The notes under the pieces are model-generated. The model searched no databases, had not been told where the DNA came from, and worked only from the letters and a program-made list of their open reading frames with translations. This document shows positions 1-10,719 of a stretch of DNA of 64,000 bases, one piece after another. This stretch comes from Octopus sinensis (taxonomy: Eukaryota): assembly GCF_006345805.1 (NCBI RefSeq), contig NC_043001.1, positions 60,078,001 to 60,142,000 on the forward strand. The letters run 5' to 3'. Made by a program: the position numbers and the translations under genes. Numbering within the stretch: position 1 is the first letter of the stretch; every line of letters begins with the position of its first letter.

Positions 1-29
1 TGGCAACATTTGAAATATTGTTTAGGTAT

Positions 30-100
30 ATGCAGCTGATGAAGACAAATCACATCTACGTTGTCAAACGTATTTGAAGAGTCTGAAACCGGTCCTGCAT
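30..100 (+). ncRNA. Minimal type-I hammerhead ribozyme (PLE pLTR-type)
   Basis: P1 ATGCAG(30-35)/CTGCAT(95-100); core CTGATGA 36-42; P2 AGAC/GTCT (43-46/81-84); GAAA 85-88; palindromic P3 ACCGGT; GUC cleavage triplet ending at 94. Confidence 0.8.
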
Positions 101-286
101 TATCCGATTCTAAGTTTTCCATTTTTCAGATGTTCTTCGTAGAGGTAAGACAAATTTTTTTCATGTTTGTGGCACACACGCGTCTTTGCTAGTATTTACG
201 CAGTGAAGCTATACAATAGCGTCGTATTTATTACGATTGCTATTTTCCAGTAAATATCGGTGCCTTGTTGTACCATTTATTTACTT

Positions 287-321
<35 letters not shown>

Positions 322-746
322 CTCTTTACTCTTTTACTCTTTTACTTGTTTCAGTCATTTGACTGCGGCCATGCTGGAGCACCGCCTTTGGTCGAGCAAA
401 TCGACCCCGGGACTTATTCTTTGTAAGCCCAGTACTTATTCTATCGGTCTCTTTTGCCGAACCGCTACGTGACGGGGACGTAAACACACCAGCATCGGTT
501 GTCAAGCAATGCTAGGGGGACAAACACAGACACACGAACATATACACACACACTTATATATATATATATATATACATATATACGACAGGCTTCTTTCAGT
601 TTCCGTCTACCAAATCCACTCACAAGGCATTGGTCGGCCCGGGGCTATAGCAGAAGACACTTGCCCAAGATGCCACGCAGTGGGACTGAACCCGGAACCA
701 TGTGGTTGGTTAGCAAGCTACTTACCACACAGCCACTCCTGCGCCT
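322..746 (-). mobile_element. tRNA-derived SINE, family A, near full length
   Basis: Minus strand begins with a tRNA-like head (A box TGGCTGTGTGGT, B box GGTTCAGTCC), then TTGGGCAAGTGTCTT, an internal microsatellite and a tail ending in GTAAAAGAGTAAAAGAG repeats. Other copies occur in the window. Confidence 0.85.
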
Positions 747-799
747 ATATAGATAACAACAGATCAGTGCCCTACAGTTGAGGGGAGACAACTGACAGA

Positions 800-1050
800 C
801 AAGAGGGCTTGCAGCGACAAACTGATGTGAATTGCGCATAGAAGAAATATATCAGATCTTTACATCGAAGGAGAAATTACTTCAGAATTGAAAAAGAACA
901 GACTTGGATATATTTACATTAGCATGACAAAACATTTGCACATTTTCATGCAGATATAGAGTAAGATGATATCCTATACATCAAAGAGAAGTGACGAATA
1001 ATAGAGGTATAGTCGGAACATATGCATGACCAACTCTCAACTACATGTTC
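800..1050 (+). pseudogene. Possible decayed RTE-like LINE RT fragment
   Basis: Translation ISDLYIEGEITSELKKN...YISMTKHLHIFMQI resembles the GEIP.D.KK...ISL.SH..KI region upstream of LINE RT; stops are present. Confidence 0.3.
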
Positions 1051-1507
1051 TAATAACAGCTAACGTAAAATACCTGTATTTTACCTTTTATTCTTATAAA
1101 CCATAGCAACGTCTACAGGTACACAATCTTCGGAATAACCAAAAACTCAACTTAAATGTGCACTACCCTAACTTATATTAAAAGAACTCTATCGATATAA
1201 CTATAATTAATGGGATTTCATTTTCATCTCTAATCCATGCGATATACACAGAATTTTTTTTTTAATATTTAGTTACAAGTATAAGCACTACTTTTAAGTA
1301 GAAATAATTCTAGGTTACTGCGTTTCTTCTGAAGTACCATCAAACACTTGTGGAAAGTAGAAGTAGTATAATTAAGTATCCTTCATTGAAACTCCTGTAT
1401 GATGGCACAAATTATATGGTGCTCTACATTCATGTTTTTCTGCAAGCGGTGTGTAGTGTTATCTCTCTTTCTGTTTCTCTTTCTCTTTCTCTTTATATCC
1501 ATTCATA

Positions 1508-1677
1508 AGGAGCAGGCGAGGCTATGCGGTAAGAAACTTGCTTTCAAACCACTTAATTCCGGGGTCAGCCCCACTGCGTGACACCATTGGCAGGTGTCTT
1601 CTACTGTAGCTTCAAGCAGACCGAAGCCTTCTGAGTGGATCTGGCAGGCGGAAACTGAAAGAAGCCTGTCATATATA
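1508..1677 (+). mobile_element. SINE family A, 5' half, diverged
   Basis: Similar to the reverse complement of 585-746. Confidence 0.75.
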
Positions 1678-1689
1678 CAAAAACATGGT

Positions 1690-2198
1690 GACGCAAAAAG
1701 AATAGAACTCATAAATCTTTGAATAAAACTGTTTGAATAAAACGACGCAGAGTGATAGATCGAGGTAGACAGTGGTTCCATCAAGATGGGGCCACCCCCA
1801 CGCGTCAAATGACTCTCTAGCCTGGCTGAGAAAGCGATTTCAGGAGAGACTGATCAGCAGGAAGTATGACGTTGAGTGGGCACCGCATTCACCGCACTTG
1901 GACACCATCCTCACCCAGATTTTTATCTGTGGAGTTATCTCAAAGATAATGCTCACCAGAACAAACATTAAACGATTGGTGAACTGAAGTCAGCAATCAC
2001 AACACAAACCATGGAAATCTGCAAATAGGAGTGTGTTCAGGTAATTGACAATTTTTCGAGACCTGTGCCATTTGGAACATATTTTGAAAAGAAAATGACT
2101 TTCATACAATAGGAATGATCGCACACAGACCAAAGTTTAAGTCCAGCAAATTTCTTGAAATTTGCTGGGCTCTGATTTTGGGAGGTTCACTTTCTATG
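1690..2198 (+). mobile_element. Tc1/mariner transposase 3' remnant, DD41D (rosa)-like spacing
   Basis: QWFHQDGATPH...WLRKRFQERLISR...EWAPHSP...PDFYLW.YLKD across frameshifts; about 41 residues between the second and third D if a short insertion is discounted. Confidence 0.75.
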
Positions 2199-2242
2199 TA
2201 TGTATGTATGTATGTATGTATGTATGTATGTATGTATGTATG

Positions 2243-2289
<47 letters not shown>

Positions 2290-2302
<13 letters not shown>

Positions 2303-2440
2303 AATATGTTACATTACTGGGTAGTCAAGATAAAACTCTGAGTTTTGGAATGACCACACGATTTTAGAAGTTATACCTTTCGAAACATACATCAGAAGAT
2401 TTAGGGATAGAAACTTCCACAATCTGCGCTCCAAATCTTT
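2290..2440 (-). mobile_element. Fragment of PLE-type terminal repeat related to 10436-10671
   Basis: Shares ATATGTTACATTACT.GGTAGTCAAGATAAAACTCTGA with the core of the 10.4-10.7 kb palindrome; adjacent to (TA)n. Confidence 0.5.
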
Positions 2441-2636
2441 TGCCTGTTTGGAAATCAGAGAGGTCAAGCATTTTAACTCATATCAATATAAATATCTGCA
2501 AAAACTAAAACACAGGTATACGACATACATAAAGCATATGAACATATAAATGCAGACTTGAACATTTCACATTTTTTAATATTGCCGAAAGAAATATAGT
2601 TAAATAACAAGTTGTATTACTATTATTTTGTGCAAC

Positions 2637-2685
<49 letters not shown>

Positions 2686-2717
2686 ACCGATATACATACA
2701 TGCATACCTGCACACAA

Positions 2718-2748
<31 letters not shown>

Positions 2749-2964
2749 CGTTTACTGGTATATTCAGATACATATATGGGTAGGTCGTTGTGTGTTGGAA
2801 TATTAAATATTAAATTTCCACATCTTTTCATTCTTGCGTTTCTCAATGCAGGCGATTTTAATATGACAATCATCTCTGAGATTCACAGAATCGCTTTGTG
2901 TTTATTTGATATCGATCCGATTTTATGACTGATTCGCGTGAGTGTTAAAATCAAATACACTTAC

Positions 2965-3146
2965 CAGAAGACAATAAAACATGACATTTATATCAAAATA
3001 TAACCACAGACTACTCTATTGTAGTCTACACATCTATTACAAACATCAAAACTGACTAGAATTCCTTTTGCTGCTTCAAACAATTTTGCTGAAATAATAT
3101 TGTCTTCATTTTACAGAATTTCTCTCAGGGGCTAGAACTGCATTAA
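2965..3146 (-). other. Candidate 182-nt internal exon of an unidentified minus-strand host transcript
   Basis: Minus strand has the acceptor TTTTTATTTTGCAG ending at 3147 and the donor TG/GTAAGTG starting at 2964, in non-repetitive sequence. No through-open frame was found. Confidence 0.3.
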
Positions 3147-3907
3147 CTGCAAAATAAAAACGAATCTCGTCCAGCATGTTGAAGCAAATCAAAATCTCGT
3201 CTCGTATGAACTCTACTATGGATTAAAGTCTATCTCCTGATAATTTTGCAATTGTTGCATTGTACCTATGCGGGATTAGTTATGCAATTCTTCGATAGAA
3301 TTCAGACTAAATGCCAGTTCAGTTAAACATAGATAATAATAAAGAAAATCGTAATGTGGTAACAAAAGGAGACTTGAATGATGCTCGGAGAGAGTTATTT
3401 TCGGGAAAGGCCATTGTAGTAGAGTTTTAAAAGCATAAAGACTGATAGAAAATGACGTCGGTCTTTATTCATAGGCAGGATGAAATTGTAATCGTTTATT
3501 AATCTTACTGCCTTTTAAAGAAGGAAAATGCCGAACTATTGAAGTATGTGCGTCAGAGTGGAAACGTTGATAAAGTTCATCTCTATTAATTCTAATATGA
3601 ATGGGGCAGTATAATGAGCTGAGCCATTTATGACAATGAAAGATTGCAGTATGTGATTAAATAGTGTTCAAGCGGTATGTTATGAAATACGTCTCTATAT
3701 GTATGTGAGCGTGTTCGTTTGTACATGTGTGCCGCATTCTGTGACGACGTACATATTTTGTGTGTGTGTGTATATATATATATATACACATATGTATATG
3801 AATATATGTATGTAAATATATATATATGCGTGTGTGCGCGTGTGTGTGTTTACATATATGTGTATATATATATATATATATATAATATATATATATGTAT
3901 ATATACA

Positions 3908-3950
<43 letters not shown>

Positions 3951-3983
3951 GTATATATATATGTATATATATATATATGTATA

Positions 3984-4022
<39 letters not shown>

Positions 4023-4069
4023 TATATATATTATATATATATATATATTGTATATATAATATATATATC

Positions 4070-4104
<35 letters not shown>

Positions 4105-4704
4105 TATACATGTGTATACATGCTTATGTATGTATGCATGTATATCTATATATATATATAGAGAGAGAGAGAGTGTGTGTGTGTGAGAGGGAGAGGGGAG
4201 AGAGAGTAAGAAAGAGAGAGTGAGAGACAGACATAGAGAGGAAAACAGATAGGTAATATATAAAAACATGAACTCTCATGTGTGATTGTCACTGTGTGTA
4301 TGAATATATTTCATTGTGTACGTATGCAAACGAAAATATTTGCCGATGTCCACCTAGTGTTGGTATGGACATGCATGTAATAGTTGCGCTCCTATGGAGG
4401 ATTGGCTCAAACATTTCCATTATATTTATGTATTTCTGCCTGCGTGTATAGATATATTTGTGCTATCACTGTATGTGCATTTGTACATCAAACTGAACCG
4501 GAAACTGAGCATGAACATGAGCAAAACCGGGTCAAAGGAAAAAATCATAATGACTACATTGGCAACAAACCAAAATGCATGCACATATATATAGAAAAGG
4601 GTATATATGAATACACACACGCACAAAACTACACACTCACATACTCATACAAAAGCGCACAAACACATATACATACATACACATATATATATATATACAT
4701 ATAC

Positions 4705-4764
<60 letters not shown>

Positions 4765-4958
4765 GTAAAGTTTAATAGCCATCTCAATATGGCTAACCAC
4801 AAAGGGGAGGTGTACTGTAGCTTTTTAGCCCCAGGCGATCATCGTCTCCAGCTGCCTTTAGACACAATTTCTGTGCCCTTATCGTATTTGCAAAGGGAGG
4901 CCATCTCTTTCTGCCACTGATTTCGAAAAACTGACTGCAAGCATTATTAAATCTCAGA
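4765..4958 (-). repeat. Inverted copy of terminal unit U, in two spliced segments
   Basis: 4765-4912 is the reverse complement of ~9251-9397; 4909-4958 is the exact reverse complement of 5069-5118 (50/50). Confidence 0.95.
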
Positions 4959-5087
4959 CGATGATCTCCTGGGGCTAAAAAGCTACAGTAACACCCCACT
5001 TTGTTGTTAGGCATATTGAGATGGCTATTATACTTTCCATTGTCGAGCGATTACTGTTTACATCTCGTTCTGAGATTTAATAATGCT
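4956..5087 (+). repeat. 5' direct terminal repeat (unit U)
   Basis: 132 bp matching 9316-9447 with 6 substitutions counted by eye. Confidence 0.95.
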
Positions 5088-5417
5088 TGCAGTCAGTTTT
5101 TCGAAATCAGTGGCAGAAGTCACTAGAAAATCTCTTATATATATTTGCAAACAGGCCTTGTCTTTCATCGTGAACCGGTGTTTTGACTCGTCTAGGGACG
5201 CCTCTTTCATCTGCGTATTGAGAAGTTAGCTGCCTATTTTGTTAAGTGAGTTCGTTTTTTGTTCGTCGTTGTTTGTGTTTGCTCGTGAATTAAACAGTTG
5301 TCCATTGTGTGACAGTAATTTTCGCCCTACGGGGCTGAAAATTCTGTGTATAAACATTGTTATTACCTTCGGGGTAATTTCTTTTTTATTGAAAAATTGG
5401 TTCTCATAATTTGAGAA

Positions 5418-6854
5418 ATGGATTTCGACTTGGCGTCGAGGAGCGACTTTCCCGTGATGGGAAAAGGCGAATAGAAGGATATCGAGGTCAAAAAACAGTC
5501 TTTTTCGGCCGCAGTGGGCGGAACCGTAACGGAAGTAGAATTTAAAATAGAACAGTTGTTCGAATATCGGATCTTGGTTAAAAAGGAAGGCAACGAAATA
5601 AAACTGGTACCGCCGCAAGCGATATTACAGGAAATAAAGGCCAAGACAGTCGTATACAAGGTTTACAGTAACAAAGAGAAAATAATAATGGACGTGAAGA
5701 ACGAAATAGTAGAGAAGTGCTTGTCCCCGGTGTGGAGCAAAATTCGCTACGTCGGTCGAGGTGCCCGCAGCGCTACCGTGGAAGCACATTTCGACTCGGC
5801 TGATGTGGCAAGAGAGATTTCATCGATGACCTTAAAAAGTGAGGACATCATGTTACTACCTACCTATATGGGAAAATGAACTGCGAAACTATATGTGGTA
5901 GACATTCCAAGAGGTTATGATATAATGTGGGTAGCAGCGGCGGTTCTGCACGACGTAGAGCAGAAAGTCTCAATTCTGCAGATGAAAAGGAAAGAGGAGG
6001 TAAACTGGAAGGGACAAGCGCTCGAACTCCTCGTTCAAGCATAAAATAATGTGCTAGAAAACTTACCCGATAGGGTATTTATTGAGGAGGGAATTACAAT
6101 GAGAGTGTCAGTGGAGGGGCGCAGACCTAGGTGTTTCAAATGTGGTGAAAAGGGTCACGTCCGCTCGAACTGCATAAAAAAAAAGAAAAACAGCGAAGCC
6201 CCTCCTCAAAGTGCTTCAAACACAGAAAAAGAAAAGGCGGAAAAAGATCCCAAGACTGCGACAAGGAAGGGAATCGAAACGGAAGATAAAAATGAACAAA
6301 AGGAATTTACACAGGTGACACACAAAAGAAAAAAAGAAAATACCCTGGACTCCCCTCCCCAAACAAAGAAAAAATCAGCAAACACCGCAGAGATACATAC
6401 AAAACAAATTCCCCAGCCCTACTCCCACGGCACTGTATTCATTGGAACACAGTTCGCCAAGCCCCTCCCCATAAAACAAGATTGGAAAAAATTGATTAAA
6501 AAAAATGAAAAGATTGTATCATTCGACGAGAGAAACGATAGAGTGTTCAAGTATTTAAAAGTTTCAAAACTGAAATTATTCAGTAAGTCTGCAGACACTA
6601 AGTCGACGACTCGTTTTGCAAAAATAAAGGAAGACGAGTGGAAGGAAAAAACACTCCAAGATCATTTTAAAAATAACCTTATCAGAGACGTAACTAATGA
6701 AATATTGGAGGGCAAACTTACTATAACCCCGGCAACCATACCTACCCAGAGCCCAATGGCAACGCCGGTTAAGAGCCCTGCAGCTACGACCACAAGGGAG
6801 GAAGAAGGGGAAGCATGCAGATTTAAACTGTCATACTCCCTGTCCCAACCGTAA
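5418..6854 (+). pseudogene. LINE ORF1 (gag-like, zinc knuckle) with 3 in-frame stops
   Basis: ATG at 5418 is in frame with track ORFs 5514-5879 and 6051-6854; motif CFKCGEKGHVRSNC (CX2CX4HX4C). Confidence 0.85.
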
Positions 6855-6880
6855 GTTTATTTTTTTCTCTCTCTCCGACA

Positions 6881-8934
6881 ATGGCAAAGCTGGGTTGTGT
6901 GAATGTGCGTGGAATGGGGTCGAAATGGAAACAAATTTGTCTCTTGAACGACCTCACGACACACGGAGTGGACGTAGCTATTGTAACCGAGTCCAAGATG
7001 AACGGGGCCCAAGCATTCTCGCCTCTTCTAAATGGTTTCGAGAAATTTATTTCTCCTAGCCGTGGAGGAGGAAGGGGCGTGGCAGTCCTTATCAAGAAGA
7101 GCTTGGACTTGCAGGTAAGTACTGTCTTTCTGGACCCAGAAAGCAGGCTGGTCATTCTGGATGTGACCCACGCAAGTAAACAGTCCTTCAGGTTGGTAGC
7201 TGTCTACGCTCCAAATGAGTGTAGGCAGTCGGGTTTTTTTCGGAATCTGGAGCACTTTTTAGTGACGTCGAAAACGGTAGTCTTAGTAGGGGACTTTAAC
7301 ACTGTCCTCGAAGCGCGGGTCGACAGTGTTGGCTCAACCAATAGGAAGGGGAACTCTAGCATCAAGGGTCTACTAGAGAGCTTTAATCTAGTAGACCGCT
7401 ATCGACTGGATGAGCCGAGCGTTCCACAGTGGACGTGGAGTAACAACGACGGCTCACGCAGATCGTATATAGATAGGATAGAGATAAGGATACGTTTAGT
7501 TGTCCACAGTTTCACATTGTGCCTTACACGGATCACAAATTTGTGACTTGTCGGGTGCAATTAGATAAGTGTCATAGACAGGGACCCGGGTACTGGAAGC
7601 TGAACAAGTCTATTTTGAATTGTGAAGACTTCCGTACCCGGATTAAGGTGTTAGTACAGGGGGCATTATGTGGAATCATCATTAACAATAGGTGGTGGCA
7701 CTCCCTCAAAAGAGCCATTCGTTCAGAGTCCATTAGATTTAGCAATCAGCTAAGGTTGGATAGGTCTAGGATAGAGGACGATTTAGTTAAGAATCTAAAC
7801 GAGACAATGGAATCTGGCTCTGCATCCGGAGTGATGGCGGCAAGGACGGTATTGTACCGTCACCTTAACTCCAAACACGAAGGTTGCAGAGTTAGAGCTA
7901 AGCTACGCGCAGGGAAACGAGAGGGTATTAACGTTGCCGGATGGGCCCGTCGAATGGAGAGTCAGAGAGGCAACAAAGCTTCAATCAAGTCTTTAACTGA
8001 CGATCAGGGACTCAAGATCTATGGACAGGAGGAGATGCAAAAGTTTCTTCACCAGCATTTCGCCCGCGCGTTCGGGGGTGGTGGTTCGCTTGGTTGATGA
8101 TGCGCAGACATGCGTTGAGGCTGAAGCATCTCTGGCACCACCTGGAGGGTGATAAGGTGTGGAGTCCGCTGGCAGGGGAATTTTTCCCGGGACCGGCTTC
8201 CTTAGTGAATTTTAAACCCGGTTGCATCAAAAGACGGAATCTGACTTTATGGCAAAAAGAGTGCCGACAGGCACTCTCGCTGATCCACAAGGCGGGTAAG
8301 GCCGGCTGCGGAAATACCACCTCGGTATTTTATAACAGGCTGGTAGAGGCAAAGAACGACGACGTCCTAGGAGGGGCTCTGGGATTCGACGAGGACCAGC
8401 TTACCAACTTGTTTAAAAAGACTTTCAGGACGGGGTATTTGGATAATTTCCAAAGATCCCTGGCAGTGTTATAGGAATGCTTTACTTGTTCGCGAGAAGT
8501 TATCGCAGCACGGAATTTCAGTGCCACCGACATGTCCAAGATGCGGGTTGGACGATGAAACCGTCCAGCACGCTTTTGTACACTGTCGGCAGTTGTCAGA
8601 CTTGATAAGTTACGCAGAACACGTGTTATCGCATCTGGGACAAGTACAGCTGTCGTCTGAGTCTATGATTAAGATGATACCGCCAACTGGACTCTCGAAG
8701 GAAGGTGAGGCATGTTTTCGCTGCACAGTTGCAGTAGTAAAAGAATGCATGTGGCGTACAAGAAGGGAAGTAGTCGCTATAGGATCCTTTGTCTCAGTAC
8801 CCGGCTTGCTCACTTACTTCAGATATTATCTGAAGAGCAAAATGGGGCTGGGAAAGAAGAACTTACCACGAGGTGTGTATGAAAAAAGATGGAAGGAAGT
8901 GGCGAAAAAGGTGCGTGTCAGAAACCCGGTTTAA
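6881..8934 (+). pseudogene. LINE ORF2: APE endonuclease, linker and zf-RVT; RT absent; frameshifted
   Basis: APE motifs NVRG, TES, VYAPN, GDFN, WTW..SYIDR, TDH; Tx1-type GPGYWKLN; abrupt junction near 8088; CPRCGLDDETVQHAFVHC. No KAFD or YADD motifs. Confidence 0.9.
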
Positions 8935-9179
8935 CTATGGATGGAGAAGAGGAAAGGAAAGCTGCGGGGCCTTACAGGTTGCCGGGTTTTAAAATATATC
9001 GGTAAGATTTCAATCTAATGTAATGTTATATTAGTCAATGCAAAGGACAATTTAAATACAGTTTTTTGTATAATGAATAATCCATATATTTTGGATATTT
9101 TTAAACGAACCACTTAACAGTTTTTTGTATGTATGTCCTGTATTGTTCTTCTATGTAGTAATTTTATAATCGTGATCCG

Positions 9180-9239
9180 GTGATTACCGCCCGTTGATAA
9201 GAGACAATAATCTCGAAACCGCGGTCCGGTGCGTATCAC
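9180..9239 (+). ncRNA. Minimal type-I hammerhead ribozyme, U3:A8 variant
   Basis: P1 CCG(9191-93)/CGG(9227-29), extended by bulged GTGAT..GC/GC..ATCAC; core TTGATAA 9194-9200; P2 GAGA/TCTC; GAAA 9215-18; palindromic P3 ACCGCGGT; GUC ending at 9226. Confidence 0.7.
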
Positions 9240-9250
9240 TTAGGCTTACG

Positions 9251-9445
9251 AGAAAGGGATGGCTTTCCTTTGCAAATACCATGCGGGCACAGAACTTGTG
9301 TCTAAAGCCAGCTGGAGACGATGATCTCCTGGGGCTAAAAAGCTACAGTAACACTCCCCTTTGTGGTTAGTCATATTGAGATGGCTATTATACTATACAT
9401 TGTCGAGCGATTACTGTTTACATCTCGTTCTGAGATTTAATAATG

Positions 9446-9447
<2 letters not shown>
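9251..9447 (+). repeat. 3' copy of terminal unit U, ending in (TA)n
   Basis: Direct match to 4956-5087 and inverted match to 4765-4912. Confidence 0.95.
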
Positions 9448-9480
<33 letters not shown>

Positions 9481-9483
<3 letters not shown>

Positions 9484-9760
9484 GGAGTTGAACGAAGATG
9501 TTACCAAAATTCCTTTGCTCTCGACATATGTTTCGAAGACAACATGGGAGCCTCTCTCAACAACAAGACAAAACAATAATTGCGATGACTGCCTCCATTA
9601 TTGTTTTGTCTTGTTGTTGAGAGAGGCTCCCTTTCTTTCCTGATGAGAAGACTGCATCTTGCACCGTTTATTCCTTTGGAATAAAACCATGTTGTCTTCG
9701 AAACATATGTCGAGAGTAAAGGAATTTTGCTAACATCTTCGTTCAACTCTATTCATATAT
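9481..9760 (+). mobile_element. Small fold-back PLE-type non-autonomous element
   Basis: 9481-9547 is the reverse complement of 9687-9753 (3 mismatches); 9546-9580 is the reverse complement of 9597-9631. Contains an HHR and starts at (TA)n. Confidence 0.75.
9635..9716 (+). ncRNA. Minimal type-I hammerhead ribozyme
   Basis: P1 CTTTC/GAGAG; CTGATGA 9640-46; P2 GAAGAC/GTCTTC; GAAA 9700-03; palindromic P3 ACATATGT; GUC ending at 9711. Confidence 0.85.
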
Positions 9761-9912
9761 AACACACAAATTTCTGCACATGAACCCGGAGTTTCTACCC
9801 TTGGACAGGTCGCTTCAACCGTGTTTCTGACGTGAATTCGCTACCCTGGTATCGGTTCATCGAATTTTCCATGTTGACGGTAAACATAGGATAATTCATT
9901 CACCTATCGAAA

Positions 9913-10087
9913 TGCACGAATCAAGCATTTCTTCCCACAAATCACATAAATAATAAGCAACGCTTCCTCATTTCCCATAGGTTCATTATTTCTAAGCCTT
10001 CTCTTAATCTTCTCGTACTTTATTTTCTATCTTTCAAATGTGCACTCTTTTCCTCCTTTCATTTTCGTCTTGTGCCTCCCTCTCCCA

Positions 10088-10126
<39 letters not shown>

Positions 10127-10334
10127 TCATATATGTGTATATATATATATATAATATACGACACTATTCTTTCAGCTTCCATCTACCAAACCGACCCAGA
10201 AGAATTTGGGCGGCCCGTGGTTATAGTAGAAAACATTTAATTAAAGTACCACGCAGAGGGACTGAAGAAAAATTACCAAATTAAGTATCAAGTTCTTAAA
10301 CCTGCGCTGGGCATGTGTATGTATATCTATGCTT

Positions 10335-10372
<38 letters not shown>

Positions 10373-10667
10373 ATAAAACGGTAAGATAACAAAAGAAAGA
10401 AAGAGACCTCAATATTATGTAAATAGAGGAAATTTATCTATACAATATGTTACATTACTCGGTAGTCAAGATAAAACTCTGACTTTCAGATGCCGAAGTG
10501 GAAATCCACAACACCATCTCTTCGGTTATCTGGCTATTTGAAAACGGTATTTTTTCATAACGTTTTCAAATAGCCAGATAACCGAAGAGATGGTGTTGTG
10601 GATTTCCACTTCGGCATCTGAAACTCAGAGTTTTATCTTGACTACCAAGTAATGTAACATATTGTAT

Positions 10668-10719
<52 letters not shown>

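Larger units (their letters stand above)
5181..9168 (+). mobile_element. Tx1-like (L1 clade) non-LTR retrotransposon, RT-deleted
   Basis: 5' UTR, ORF1 with CCHC knuckle, ORF2 with APE and C-terminal zf-RVT, T-rich 3' UTR, no poly(A). Boundaries taken from the 14-bp flanking repeat. Confidence 0.88.

Noticed and set aside
4956-5087. Unit U as a U2 snRNA or tRNA target of Tx1
   Set aside because: Only superficial resemblance (GGCTAA...GTA); no continuous snRNA or tRNA match.
4765-9447. DIRS/Ngaro split-direct-repeat or true LTR retrotransposon interpretation
   Set aside because: ORF2 is an APE/zf-RVT LINE protein; no tyrosine recombinase, integrase, RNase H, PBS or TG..CA ends.
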